Shown here: positions 36,317-49,500 of the stretch, piece by piece | Numbering within the stretch: the first letter of the stretch is position 1 | Layout: the number at the start of each line of letters is the position of its first letter | Assembly: GCA_973895155.1 (NCBI GenBank) | Contig: OZ316894.1 | Coordinates: 23,620,709 to 23,684,708, forward strand | Reading direction: 5' to 3' | Source: Marsupella aquatica | Taxonomy: Eukaryota; Plantae; Marchantiophyta | DNA length: 64,000 bases | Translations under genes and position numbers: made by a program | The notes under the pieces: model-generated | What the model saw: only the letters and a program-made list of their open reading frames with translations | Database searches by the model: none | Told to the model about the DNA's origin: nothing

Positions 36317-39300
36317 CCTTGCTCAATCTCTCTGTGATGGATGTCAAAGCCAATACGAAGCGTTACTCTATGAGTCTGCAGTGAGTATCTATGTCAAGAC
36401 TGAGGTAGGCGACGTACAATCAAACAAAACAAATCGTGCATCAATGAATGAGCTCTTGAATTCACTGCTTGCTGGTCGCAAGACATGAAGAGCGCCACTG
36501 CACGCTGAACTTCATATATGTGGCTGACACAATTTGAAAAGGTGAATAGGAGGCCGTCTTACCTTTGCCAATGGCCCAATTAGACTTAAGGCCGCTAGTT
36601 CATCGCATTGTGCAAGATCACGGTTGAGCCAAGTTTCTAAAACACTATGCCGCACAGTTCGTGGGAAATGGTAGGAACTTTACCCTCACTTTCACCACAA
36701 TGTAATAGAGTTGTCCTTAATGTGACCAAATCGAGGTGAGTAGACTGGCGCATCTTACTTGAATCACTTCGGATTCTAGGTTGGAACTGCCAGATTGAAG
36801 GGCTTAGGGATATGCTTCGGTGTAAGTCACCAGTAGTTCTGTTCGAGCAAAAGGAGACGACCAAAATGAGAGAACTTCGAGAATGAGGCAACTGGATGTG
36901 CTTCACTGCGCAATCTAAGTCACGGGCAGTTCTGTCGGAGCAAACGAGACAACCACAATGAGACCACTTGGGGGTTCACAGCACTGCCAACCAGAGTTTC
37001 ATGAGTCACTTTGCAAGTGCGAGGATTTAAGGTCACTAGGTTTTGGTCGATCATCCTTCACACCTGTTAAAACTTATAACATAATTGCCGTGTACTTACC
37101 GATCAGAAATTACGTTCGAAAGACGTTGAGATAGCCACAGAAAGTAGATATTTTCGTTTCTAATTTATTCGAAGACGGACCAATCCGAACAGTTCTACAG
37201 TAGATGTACCTTGGAATATCTATAACTTAACAATTTCGCAAAGGAAAAGTTTTGATTCGGAATAAATTGAATGCCTGCGGTTTTGGATACCAGTCAGTCA
37301 TGAGCAAGGAGCACTTCACGCATACCAGAATCGAAGCTAGCACCACCAAGCGATGACAGAAGCCCCACTTCATGATCAAGACAAAATCTTAGTCTGTAGA
37401 AATATTTCCCAAAGTATTGAGCACCAGACAGTAAAGGCTAGACGGTGAGAGTCGTACCTTCCAAAATGTGAAAGTTTCACGAAGTTGAAATGGTTGATCG
37501 ATCCACAGCTGTTGGACACAACACAAACCTTGCATCGATAATAGAGCTGTTGTCATACACTCTCACGCTTCGAAGACCATAATTGAGCTCATTTGAGACG
37601 GTCCTCACTGGCTTTTATCAATTTCTGCAAGAACATAAAGCAGAAGGCCTTCCGTAAAGTCTGCAATTGTCAAAGTCGCGGACCGATCCGCGGTGAAGAG
37701 TCTGAAACGACCTGGAGTTGATCATCTCCATCCGCTCCACGTACGTGAGTTGCAAGCAGATTATCGACAAGCTCTCGGACGTTAACACATTAGTTCTTCA
37801 GCTTCCGATCGCGGAATCAAAATTCCAGTCACTCGGAATCTGATTAACTCGAAAGCAGCTCGATCGATACAATCAATGACGGTCTGCTGTGACTCTCAGC
37901 CTCGAATTGCCTCCTATCCCTGGGAATTATTGACTATGAATTGTTCGTGATGGACTTCACCATATTGATGCAACTCATCAATCCACCGAATACCTGTGTG
38001 ACTAAGATCGATCTCCACGATTTGGGACTCACATGGGAGTCCACTGAGATAAACGAATCCGCCTCAGTCTGCCCTTCATATCCAATCGTGCACGCACCTC
38101 GATCAAGTGGTGGCAGTCTTGAAATGGCAACACTTCATATTACAAATCCATTTGATTAAATGCAGTCTCCGCGCCCCTGTAGATGCCTCAACAATCATTG
38201 CAACTACTCCACGTGAGTGAGTGCAGACAATGAATCAGTAGTCAATCAAATTTGACGCCGTGCACTCGTTGACCACTAACAGTACAGTAGTCTACTGAGC
38301 AAGCGATGACGACTACAGCTACCGTAATCACTTTTCCCTTAGTTTTTGTTAGCAGATGAGAAAAAGGACCATTTAACTAAGAAGTGCCGAATAAAGTACA
38401 ATGGAGCAAAGGCAGAAGAGATCTGGAGATCTCAAATGGAGTAAAGGCAAAAGAGGTCTACGAAGATCAAACTCAAAAGAAAGAAAGAGACTGAATGCAA
38501 ACATCAAAAATCTAGAAAGAGGAAAGAAGAACAGATAATGATCTACCATTGCAAAGTCTCCGTGGTGAATGAATGGTACACATTTTGTGATGACGAAGTA
38601 CTGAAGACTTGGGACATGGTGGACCAACTCAAAGTCAAACAGTCACCTAGAAAGAAGAAAGAGTACGAACCTTCTTTTACTATTGTTATACTTTGTCAAT
38701 TCCATTGGAGGATTAAATTGGTTTCCCTCACCCATAAATAAACATTTAGAACTAGAAATTGATAGAAAAACACTAGAAGTTAAAGCCGGATGGACTTTCA
38801 GTTGTTCATGAAGCTCTCATCTATAAACCAAACCTGCATGGACCTGATCAAAACACAAAAGTGTGATTGGACATTGCTATTTACATTTCTGTCCATAAAA
38901 TAGAGTATCACTAACCAAATTGTCACTTCTATCCATAAATTTTCTCTGTCACTAACTCTCTCACCACTTGTGTCCTAAAAGTATGTCAGTGGCCATAGCA
39001 CTTTTTTATTGAGAGCTTAGCTGCTTTCTCCCAATACTCTTCCCCTGCACATAATTACTCTACCTATTTTTAAGAGTTTAATAAAAAAATAAAGGCCTAA
39101 AGTACATTTTATTTGGTTCTTATATAAAGACCTTATAAAGTTTCATCTATTCAAAGTAAATGAAACTTTGAATAGATTGAGTGCTTCACATTTTATTCAT
39201 ACCGCCTTAAGTAGTTTGCCCAATGGCAAAACCAAATGAATTTAATTTGCTCAAAAGTATTTTTGAATATTCATAAGCCCCGCAAGGGGGGGGGGAGCAA

Positions 39301-39523
39301 GCAGCACAATGGCTCATGAGCCAAGGAGACAATTCCCACCAGGGAGGTCAGGTGGCGCCCTACTAAGCTCAATTGTCACAGATGGATTACAATTTTTCTA
39401 CATACTTTCTTGTGATTCTAGGGCATCCGTACTTTGCGAAATGATTATACAAATTCCAGAAATGTTGTTGCAAAATATTTTTTATAGAGCATTGCTTGTT
39501 ATCGCAAATGTAGTCATTTTTCC

Positions 39524-39808
39524 CTCGGGGGCCCATATCACGGGTGGAGTTTACAAGTAATAAACACCCTAGAACTTTAAAAAATCAAGTTTATTTTTAC
39601 TATATTTCTCACCCCTAACTTTATGAAATATTCTGGGAATATTCTCACTTTGATATTAAAAAACCTTATAGTTCTTATAATTCTTAAAATTGGATTTAAA
39701 CACCCCTATGTTTTTTTGACAAAAGTGTAAAGTCTTCCACGCATTTGAAGTAAAAACCCCTAACTTCTTTGTGTGCGATGGGCCAGAAGAAAAGAAGTGA
39801 GGACCGAG
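39524..39808. mobile_element. 285-bp MITE (CTCGG / 8-bp TSD family)
   Basis: Starts ctcggggg and ends ggaccgag; perfect TSD atttttcc at 39516-39523 and 39809-39816. Confidence 0.8.
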
Positions 39809-41821
39809 ATTTTTCCATTGTGAAGCTAAAGGAAAATTTAATCGACACGAGCGTTGTTGTGGAATCTTATTTTTCAGAGACCATTGCTCTTGCTATAAAT
39901 TTTGACTAATTTTATTGTTATAGAGCTACTTAAGATTTTACTTTTGGGGAGTATTGTTGGTGAATCATATTTTCAGAGAGCAATGCTCTTGTTATAAAGA
40001 GCATTTTTTTGCTGCAAAGCTATCGGAAATCATGTTGTTCATAATTATGGCGCTGCTCTTGTTACAAGGATCGCTTCAAGTACTTTGCCGCTACGGAAGT
40101 TACAGGAAATGTTAAATGTGCATCTTCACTCTCTATTCCAAATACATTGATTCTTAATTTCAGTTTTTGCTGTTCTGTTCTTACCTTGACAGAATTTGGT
40201 GCACATTATGTTCTTACTCTGACAGAAATGTAGGTGGACAATTAATGACATAATGTACCATCCATTTGTAGTTAAACCGTCTCATGATTATGTGTAATAA
40301 GGTCTGTCCCTTTCTCAGTCCATGGGGATAGCTGTAGACAACCTAGCAGTCCATCATGGCTTTAGTTACAAAAAACTAAGATCTCAGATACAGGGAAAAG
40401 GAATTTGATTTCAGATGGACCACAACTTTTGATCTCATGATCCAATTGGGAGTCTCAAACAACATTCCCAAAGGTTTGTGGGCCAGGTCACCAACCAAAA
40501 TCTGTGATTTCCGCAATAAGTGACCATCAACAACTTGGGTGGTCTGCACACTGAATCCCCACCAAAAATTGCTCCATGCTATATGCCTAAGCACCCTTCA
40601 AGAATCATTGGCACCCTTTAAGAAGTTTGGCTCCCAGCTTGGTGGTCTCCCTTCTGTGAAAATGGCTTATAATTTGTGATGAAGCATTTGATTTTATTGG
40701 TTCTAAGGAAAAACCTAAAATATTTGTTTAATAACTTTAGGGTTTTTTAATTTCAATTTTGAGACATAAGGAAAGAGAGTTTTAAACCCCAATTTTGGAA
40801 TATTCCAGTTCTTTAGGTTTGTGAGTACAACTCCTTCTATTGTTGCCTCAGTTAGTAAACCATGCATTTGAAACAAACAAATAAGTGACCACATGAGTGG
40901 GACTGGTGCTCACCTCTGACTAGCTAGTGCAAAGAGGATGACTTCTCAATGCCCGACATACAATGGGTTCTACTCTAGCTTGAGCCACTTTATAATGAAT
41001 TATGCTTCCAGTAATCATTGCATCCAAAGGGTTCAATGTCTACTGAGTATGTGTTATGTGAACTCAAGACCAATTCCCTGTCAAAAACCAGTAACGTGTA
41101 GAAGTGAGCCCTCTACAAAAAGAAAGTGTTAACTAAGTTAAAATAAAATTTCACTATGGTCTATGTGAGACACGTACATGATTTGCACTCAGTCATATTT
41201 GCTCCAACATTCTCTGAATCCAACATTTGGTCCCTCTAAGTTTTGCTACCAGATTGGCCATCTGAGATAACTGGCTTAGGATGACAAGTTTATTATAAGC
41301 AAAAACAGGAAAAGTAAGGACCGTTGGGTTTGAGCAGAGGCACAAACTTGTGACAAGACCCTCAGAGCTAGCCTAAAGTAAAAAGACTCACTGAACCTAG
41401 AGAGCTCAATGTGTGCTTGTGAGTTCACTGTTGGGTTCAAACTATTCAGAAGCATGATTGTGTATGTTGAAGAAAGTGTGTGTTGACAATTTGGTGTCAT
41501 TGTAGCATATGCAAACATTCCTAAATTATATTATTGGGAAAGCAGACACCTTAGTAGTACCTTGAGTACCGCACAAGCCCGATCATAAACATGTAAGGCA
41601 TGTCTTCACTCAATATGTAGATCTCCAGCTATGACCCGGTTATGACCCAAACAAGATTGTGTTAACCGAGGTGGGTGCACCTAGCTCAATACGCCGGGAC
41701 CAGATGGTGTCAAGGGCATAACTCTTTGCTTAAATATTAGTGGAAAAAATGAGTCTATATGTGCTCCCAAGCTAGCTACTTTGGAGCTCATCCAAACCTA
41801 TTGGTTTGGTTTGACAATCAG

Positions 41822-43684
41822 TGGTACGTGGACCTAGCCACCCAGCGCCCTCACCAATCCCAACACTTTTGCCTAAGTGCTCTTGGTGTCCGAATGCTTA
41901 TACGGAACTCCCCGAGCAAACAACTTAGTACCTGTAGCACCTCCGGTGGCAACTCCCATACGAAGCCGCACTTGCTCCCTATCACGGCCGTCGCTCAACG
42001 GTCCTCACTGTCTGCACAAGCAACCCAACACCTCAGTAAGTAACCTCGAAAGATCTAGGAACTCCAAGACTAGTGTCTTGTCTCAAGCTCAACTGACATT
42101 GGTAAGTAGGTCAGTGAATAGAACCTGCAGGGCCCGCCTGGCCTTGCCAAAAGCCAAACCCAGAGCCGACACCCACTATTTGTCCAAAATAGCCCCTCTA
42201 CGGGTGTCGCCCGTGCTTCCCCATGCACTTCCTATTCGTCATTGGCTTACCACCGTACCCCCAAGACATGCTCATGGCCTTGTTAGGATTAAATCTTAGG
42301 TCTAGAGTTACGAATGTACCGTAGTTAGGGCTAACCTTAGTCGCAAACTAGGTTAATCATGATGTGCACACAATATATGCCAAGGTGTGTTTGCTTGGAT
42401 AGTGAGAACTTAGGCTCATTGTTACGGAGCCAATTGAGAGATAAGGAGAGCTTGTGAGCCTATGGATGTTTGGTATGGCCAGTCGGCTTAGAGTGCAGTA
42501 AAACTTGTGTGTTCCCGTGGACGTAGCCTCATGTGGATGTTAACCACATATTTATCTGTGTCAACTACTTGATCGTTGGATGGTTATGGGCATGTCATTG
42601 TGATGTTGTCTTTGTTCAACAAGCCCAACTAGCTAGCTTGTCCCAAAGCTTGTCCTAAGCTTGTCCTAAAATGTCTAGACCAGTTTGGCCTTGACTCTAG
42701 CAACCAAATCCAAGGTTCCTACTCAACATAGAGTCTAGGGCCAAGTCCACTTGGAACTCAACCTCCATACCTACTCTATATTGTCTCCCCAACGCAAGCT
42801 CCTGTGGGAAACTAACGCGAGTTGGCTACTATTTTGGCAGGATTTGGCAAGCGAGCAAGGTAGCCCCCGCAAACCCCGAGAACCAATGGCACTCCCTGAC
42901 CCAACTGAGATCAAGAAGATGTAGTCATCCTCAAGAGCTTTTCAACGCATCCAAGAAGTCCTCCAACGGATTTCTCTTAAGAAGTTATTGTCGTTTCCGT
43001 TTGGTGTTTCCCTTTAGTCTCGCGACTGCCCTGGCTCACGACTTGTACTCACCCTTGGCCCCCGGGGAGACACCACTTCCCTCATATATGCTTGTGGAGA
43101 CCTGCCACCCCGGACCAACTTTGGTCCCCTATATTTGGCCCTCAACCTGGACTCCAACCCGCACGCATAAACATCCAACTAACTTGTTATGCCCATAACT
43201 TTCTAGCTAGTAAGACATCTATAAGTTAAGTGCCTTAGTCCGTTGTGATTGGGTCAACTTAATGCTCATGCCTAGGCCCTCAGAAACCGTCGTCAGTCGA
43301 GGGTCCCCGATGGCCACAATCGGGCCGCACCATATCTCATGCTCCAAGCATCAGTTGTGCATGAAGTAAACTTCATTAGCCTCAGAGGAGCTCCCACTCA
43401 TGCCCTCAAAACTCAAAATCCGTCCAGGGGTCCGAACTGTCCACCCTGAGCCCGGCCCTTCCTATGACCCGACCAACTCCATGTTAGTTTAAGTGCTTAG
43501 TGTGCGTCACCAGCTTAGCCCCTTGCTCATGCTAGTGCAACGCCTCGTTGCCCACTAGTCTCCTCATACTTAGTCCCCACCGGATGGCCGTTCCGGAGGC
43601 TTGGACCATAGAGGAGCTCGGCATCAGAGTCAGCAACGCTGGAGCTAAGTGTTAGGGTAGTCGAGTTCCACGACTGCAATGACA
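41822..43684 (-). mobile_element. Long dispersed repeat copy B (probable gypsy-like solo LTR) with a nested copia solo LTR
   Basis: Homologous to 27613-29790; the minus-strand start is TGTCATTGCAGTCG at 43684. Confidence 0.6.
42281..42621 (+). mobile_element. Solo LTR of the copia family found at the window end, 341 bp
   Basis: TGTTAGG...TTCAACA. It matches the reverse complement of 59224-59566 (tgttagg.att.a.tc..aggtctagagttacga...). The TSD is degenerate (ggcct/agccc); the empty site ggccc is at ~28076 in copy A. Confidence 0.85.
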
Positions 43685-46554
43685 TGGAAGAACCTCTAGA
43701 AGAACAACTAGAAGTGCGCTTGCATTGCGCACACTAATAGTGTCATAAATGGCTTGGAGCTTGGGATACCTGGATGGGCAAAGATCATGGGCCCATGCTT
43801 GGCAATGCTGGAGGCAAGGAGTATAGATCTTGCATTGGTTACTTTCCTGAAATAATAGGGCCTGTTAAGTCCCCATTTACTGGATATGGACAATGTGAGT
43901 TATAGACTAGGAATCCTGAATCTCAAGTGAGTAACTTTTTCTTTAAGCATTGGCCATAACCAATGGAGGTAGCTTGAACTTAAGAGATCACGCCAAAAAA
44001 CTTTAAGCTCAAACATCATTCATTTCATCATCCACAAAATTACTGGATTTATCAAAAATTAACATTTTGTAGTTTTTGTGGCGCCCCGAGTCAAGTAGTG
44101 GCACCCTGTGTAACAAAGGCGGACACAACAACGACTGCAACAAACTTAATGCATTTATTGGAGTTGTTAGAGTTGAGGCTGGAGTTCTTAAAGCATCCCC
44201 ACAGGTGAGTGTATTATTGACAAGATCATTACTTCTTATGATCATCACAACGTTTCTAGTTGCCACCACAAGGAGTAGATTTAGGTTTGGGATAGGCTCG
44301 GGAAACAGATCTAGCCACGACTAGAAAATTACCACAGATCTGACAATTCTGAGATTGGTTCGTTGACTCAAATAAGTGATTGTAATTTGAGATTTTTCAA
44401 TGTCATGTAAGCAAACTTTCAAGGTCACTTAACATTTTCTTTTTCACAGTATTTGGATGGAAAAATTGTTAGTAGTAAGAGGTAAGTCTGGGATATACGG
44501 TTAGGAAACTAATCAATAGCTGTATGCTTTTTGTAGTATCCTCTTTTTTCGTGGAACTTTAAGCATTGTTAGACAACCAACAAATCAGAGGCCAATTTTG
44601 GTGAAATTGGAAGCTTTTGTTTACTGGACAGTGGCCCTTGAAGGCTTCAAGTCGAAGTAGCTGTAGGTCTTATTGTTAACAGTTTACACAAGCAGTTCTA
44701 AGATGTTGAAGCCCTGTTTACTGAAGTTTGAAAGTGGACTTCTAAGATATATTTAAGCCGTGCTTGAAGTTTGGAACGGACAGGTATTTGCTGATCTAAA
44801 CAGAGTTTGTTTTGTCTTTCGGAAAGAGACAGCCAGCTTCATGTGATGGAAATTTACTTGAAGCACAGAAGGAGCTCGTTCTGTTCACCGTGGTTCAGAA
44901 TTCTCATCTGTTAAAGCTCTATCGAGGATTGCGGGTTTTCGATAGCCTCTGGATGGAAACGATATTCTGAAGACTAAAATGGGCTCCAGTGACTCCACTA
45001 ATGCATTGACAGTGGGTTGTACCGTTGTGATTGCACCGACAGACTGCCCTGGAGTCAGAAATATGGAATCCCTGCGTCGGTCCAATTGTTATCAAGCACA
45101 GCGGTTACTTCTCAATGGAAAAAATAAATTGCACGAGGCATTCGCTGTCTGTCTCAATTACAAATTTCCCAGTTCTACAGATTTCCCGCAGTATTGCGGA
45201 TCTCCTCCCTTTGTCAGCGGCAAAAGACTGAAGCTCTGTCAGGGGCAGAAGAAGCGTGCACCGGCATTCGTTTAAGCAAGGGATGGACTCCGCATCTAAG
45301 TCCCTAATGTGATTACACGGTATCTTCTTCATTGACACACTGGGACACTTCAGCTCAAGGATCGTATTAAGTTACCACTATAGCCAGTATTACGTTACCA
45401 CAACAGCCAGGCATCTAAAACGTGATTGAACAAGTAGCCCACATGCATCCAAGTAAATTCCGAGACTTTGCTGTCAGTTCTAGCCTGCATTCGAAGACAG
45501 TCCAGAGAGATTAGTTCTGCAACCAGATTATCGGCCGTGACACGGAAGTCAAACGGAGAGGTTTGGAACTGGAAGTGAATTCACAGAAGTGACGGAAATG
45601 CAAAAGACTAAACCTACAATGAAGCCCACTGTGCACAAAAATCCCTGAGTTAAACGATCAACAGATCCCAGGGCCGATAAGGGGAAAATCTTTAGAAATT
45701 CAACTAAATTTTACAGAGACTTCTAAAGCTGAAGCAATTTTGAAATGCAATGATAACTAAAAGACTTGCACTGCACAGACTACAGTCATTTGGCATTTTC
45801 TGGTTTTGGAGAATTAATCTACAAAGGGAAAACCGAAAATTACCCCACCTAGGAGAGATAAAGCATGACGTAAATTAAACTTTCCAGGAAGATTTCTGCA
45901 GAAATCTCAGGTAGGTAAGGCCCCCAAACAAGCCGCCATCTCAGCTCTCAAGTTAGGAACTTCAACTGCGAGTTTGAATTGCATGTGATACAGTAATCAA
46001 GCCTAGTCGTAATTGAGCTTCCACGCTGATCAATGACAGTGCTCAATCCTGCCAGTCCAAGCATGCACATTGTTCATAATGCTTCGACGCTAGACAAGAT
46101 ACAATAAATTCAGTACCCATCTTAGCCTGCACTCCTGGAGTTGGGCGTCTTCATATAGAAATGTCGTAACTTGACACCAGCAAACCCGTCTCAAACAATT
46201 TATCAGGTGAGTCTCTCAACAAGAAGAAAAGGCTCTTTTGGATCACACTGATGAGACCACTCTTAGTAAGAGATTCAACTATATGGGCCGAAAAAAAAAT
46301 TAAGCATAAGGGCAATCAGCTGTAGGTAAATGCTTCTTCCACAGATCTCCACCGAGGAGAAACACCTTTTGTCGACCCACGAGAAAGCTTGCCTCATTCT
46401 TGGCTTGAGCACCCCAACTGTGCGTCGTGCTCTGAACTGACTAAAGAACTCAGTGAGGACCTCCCACAATCGGAGATTCATGTGGAGGGAGCCTTTGAGA
46501 TAGTCCTTGTAGTCCACTGTTTCGCTTCGAGATATGGAGATCACTCCGAGCAGA

Positions 46555-49500
46555 TCATTCTACTACTCCCATTTTCAGCCTTTCCATCCGTGCCTGCAAT
46601 CCTGATAGAGCTTTATCGCTAATTGACTCGACCTGGTGATGCTCTAGATCATTTGAAGCAAAATTCCGCGGAACTAGATCTGAAGAATTCACGGAGTAAG
46701 GGCTGTAAGACCCTGTACTCCCAGCGGCAGCAGCTTGAATATTTCTCATTCTCTCTCTGATGGCATTAAGCGTTCCCCCTTGCGACTGTGATACAGGCGT
46801 TGAGACTGCCTCTGTGAACCGTTGAGGGCCTGGTGTCCTCCAGTGAACTGAAGAATCTGACTCACTTGAAGGTAGCGGACCCCCTGCACCTTCTACATCC
46901 TCTGCGCCGGCGCTTGGAAGAGAGGTGGGCAAGATTACATCAGCATGAGAATTGGAAAGTGAGACCTTAGGTTGCAATTGACCAGGTGAGGTGGACAGGG
47001 GAGGTGGAGAAACAAATGATGACGGGACTGGTGTCCTACCAGAAGCTGCACTTTTCTCCATCTGAGCCAGGCCATCTCGTATGTATGTCCGAAATGCCAA
47101 GCTAGCGTTTTGAAGCTGAGAAAAAATATCAACTTGCGGGTAAAGTTGAGTAATGCGATACAATTCATAAAGTCCGATTGTGGAAGTCTGCTTATCCCCA
47201 ATCTTCTTAAAAATGGCAGCCAATTCCTGCTTAAGTTGTGTTTCGGCGGAGCTGCTTGGAGAAGAATCAGGTCCGTTCGCTCCGGAATCTAGCCAATGCC
47301 CTTGTGACCCAGTCACCGTTGGTGCTAGAACTCTGGAAGCAGCTAGTGTCTGTAAATTGAGGTCAATGTAGGCAAGGATGATAGGCGGCGGCTCCGAGTC
47401 TATAGGCACCATCGACAAGTGACCTTTAATTGCCGTTCCGCGAAGCTTCACAAGCTCATGGAGAACTGTTTTCACCATCCGTAGAGGTTTGTCATCGGCT
47501 CCGGCTCTCTTACGGATCTCTTCAAGTCCAAGTTGCTGGAAACACTCATGAATACTTTGCAAAAGGCGGTCAAGATCCACCTCGGTAATTGTTGAGCCCA
47601 AAACCTTCGTAAGCTTAATTAGACATTTGACCACCAAGTCTGAGAACCTTTGGGATGAGAGAACGCCGTCTGCTGGTGAACGTGACGACCCTAACTGTGG
47701 AATTCCAAAAGAAGGATGCAAAAGGTCTATGAGCACTACAAATGCAGAAGTACGATTTGCATTCTCCAAGATTTTCAGCATCAGCACATTTAAAGCTTTT
47801 AACAGCTGGCTGCCATCATCCAGCAACGGGACTCGATCATCCAAAAGCCACAGCAGCAATTCCGTGATGAGAGCATGTAAAGTGTTAACCCTGATCTCAC
47901 AAGCCAGCCGCTTCACTTGGAATGTTTGCATGAGGGTGTTCAGGACATATTTACAAGCCCTAGTTGACGATCCAGATATTCCAGCCTTGAAAGTTGATGC
48001 CACCCTTGCAGTCAAGCTGCCTACAAGTAGGTCTGCACTTTGAGCAATTTCATCCAACAAACCACCATCTACATCTCCTACAGCTTGCTCGAGCTCATAG
48101 CAGATGATCTTCATGCCCTCGACAACTTTCTCAGTCATGGTTGCCGTTTCAATTGCAATTATTGCGTCTCTCCAGTCCACTGGACTCCCAGTTTGCATAA
48201 GCGAACTTCCAGACAAGCTCGGCTGGACTGGAGCATAGTTTTGTGCAGCAAGGTTATGTGATGGCGCACCATTTCTACTGCGAGGAGATTCACCGGAATG
48301 CTCTGCAGGGTCGGCACCGTTTTCATCTGGAACACGTCTCAATCCCTTTTTGTTCATCTCCCTGGCCTTCCACTTGAACTTCTCATCAAGTAAACTCCGC
48401 TGTATTTCTGTCAACTTTCCCAAATATTTCCACACGTCTTCGTCAAGGATTTGATAGGCAGTGGCTAGTGTGTTAAGGCTTGCCTTTCGAAGTTCACCGT
48501 CACGTTCAGTTGTGAGTGCAACCACCCCATTCAGACACTTACCCGGGCCTCCAACTTCAATTCCGTAGCGTTCTATCATAAACCCGATGTGCTCAACGCA
48601 CTCAATCCTGGTCCTGTTGTTCTTTGATCTCAAGCCCTCCGTGATGTAAGAAAATATTTTCGAGCATGGGTACAAGCAGCACAGAACCCTCATTAATTCC
48701 CTCATCTTTTCCCTCACTTTCTCGATGTTGTGGCCAGCCTTCTCAACCAAACAAGGAAAGATATTCACAGCCTCCCAGTCAGTCATGGTGTATCCGTCTA
48801 TCCTGAGTGCAGTGAAGAGCTCCTGCAGAAAATCCAAAACCTTCAGGAGGCAAATTGTGTTAGATTCACAGACACGGAGTACAACCCACCGCAGTAGAAT
48901 GTCCAAAACTTCAATCAAGCCTTTCAGATTGTCATGAATGGCCCTCTGGAGAATGTCCACGCCTTCCACCTGTTTCCTGAAATCAGGGCTCAACAGCCTC
49001 CTGTGAACATCTTCTCGGAAGAATTTCACCAAGTCAGACTCCACATCCTGAATTTGATCATCTCTGGGCTCTTCAAACTTGCCCCTTCGAACCATCGGTT
49101 TTTCTCTCTCCTCCTTGTGACAGTCTCTCAAATTCAGAAGTGCCTGTCCTTGCACAGATGCATCCAATGCCGCAGCAAGAGCATCTGCTTTCGGAATCTT
49201 GGCCACCGCAGAACCCCTCGTGGTGGAAGACGACCTTACTGCACTTCCCCGACCAGAATTCCTATTCCCAGGAGCCTTGCTGGCAGCAGCAGCAGCGGCA
49301 GGGCCCCCCTTGGAATTCTCTAAAGATGAGGACTCCTTCCCTCCGGTGGAATCACCACTGATCCTGTACCGCTCCATGAGCGACAGAAGGACTACTACTG
49401 AAGGCCCCTGAAAGGACTTGATAGCCTTGCCAACAACATCCTGCCCACAGGTCTTGACCAATTCAGCGAAGAGTAACTCCGCTGCTTTTCTAACTTCGGC

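Noticed and set aside
40400-40640. Possible gypsy RNase H remnant (…LVT/HKPL…)
   Set aside because: The motif needs frameshifts to assemble and is too degenerate to support.
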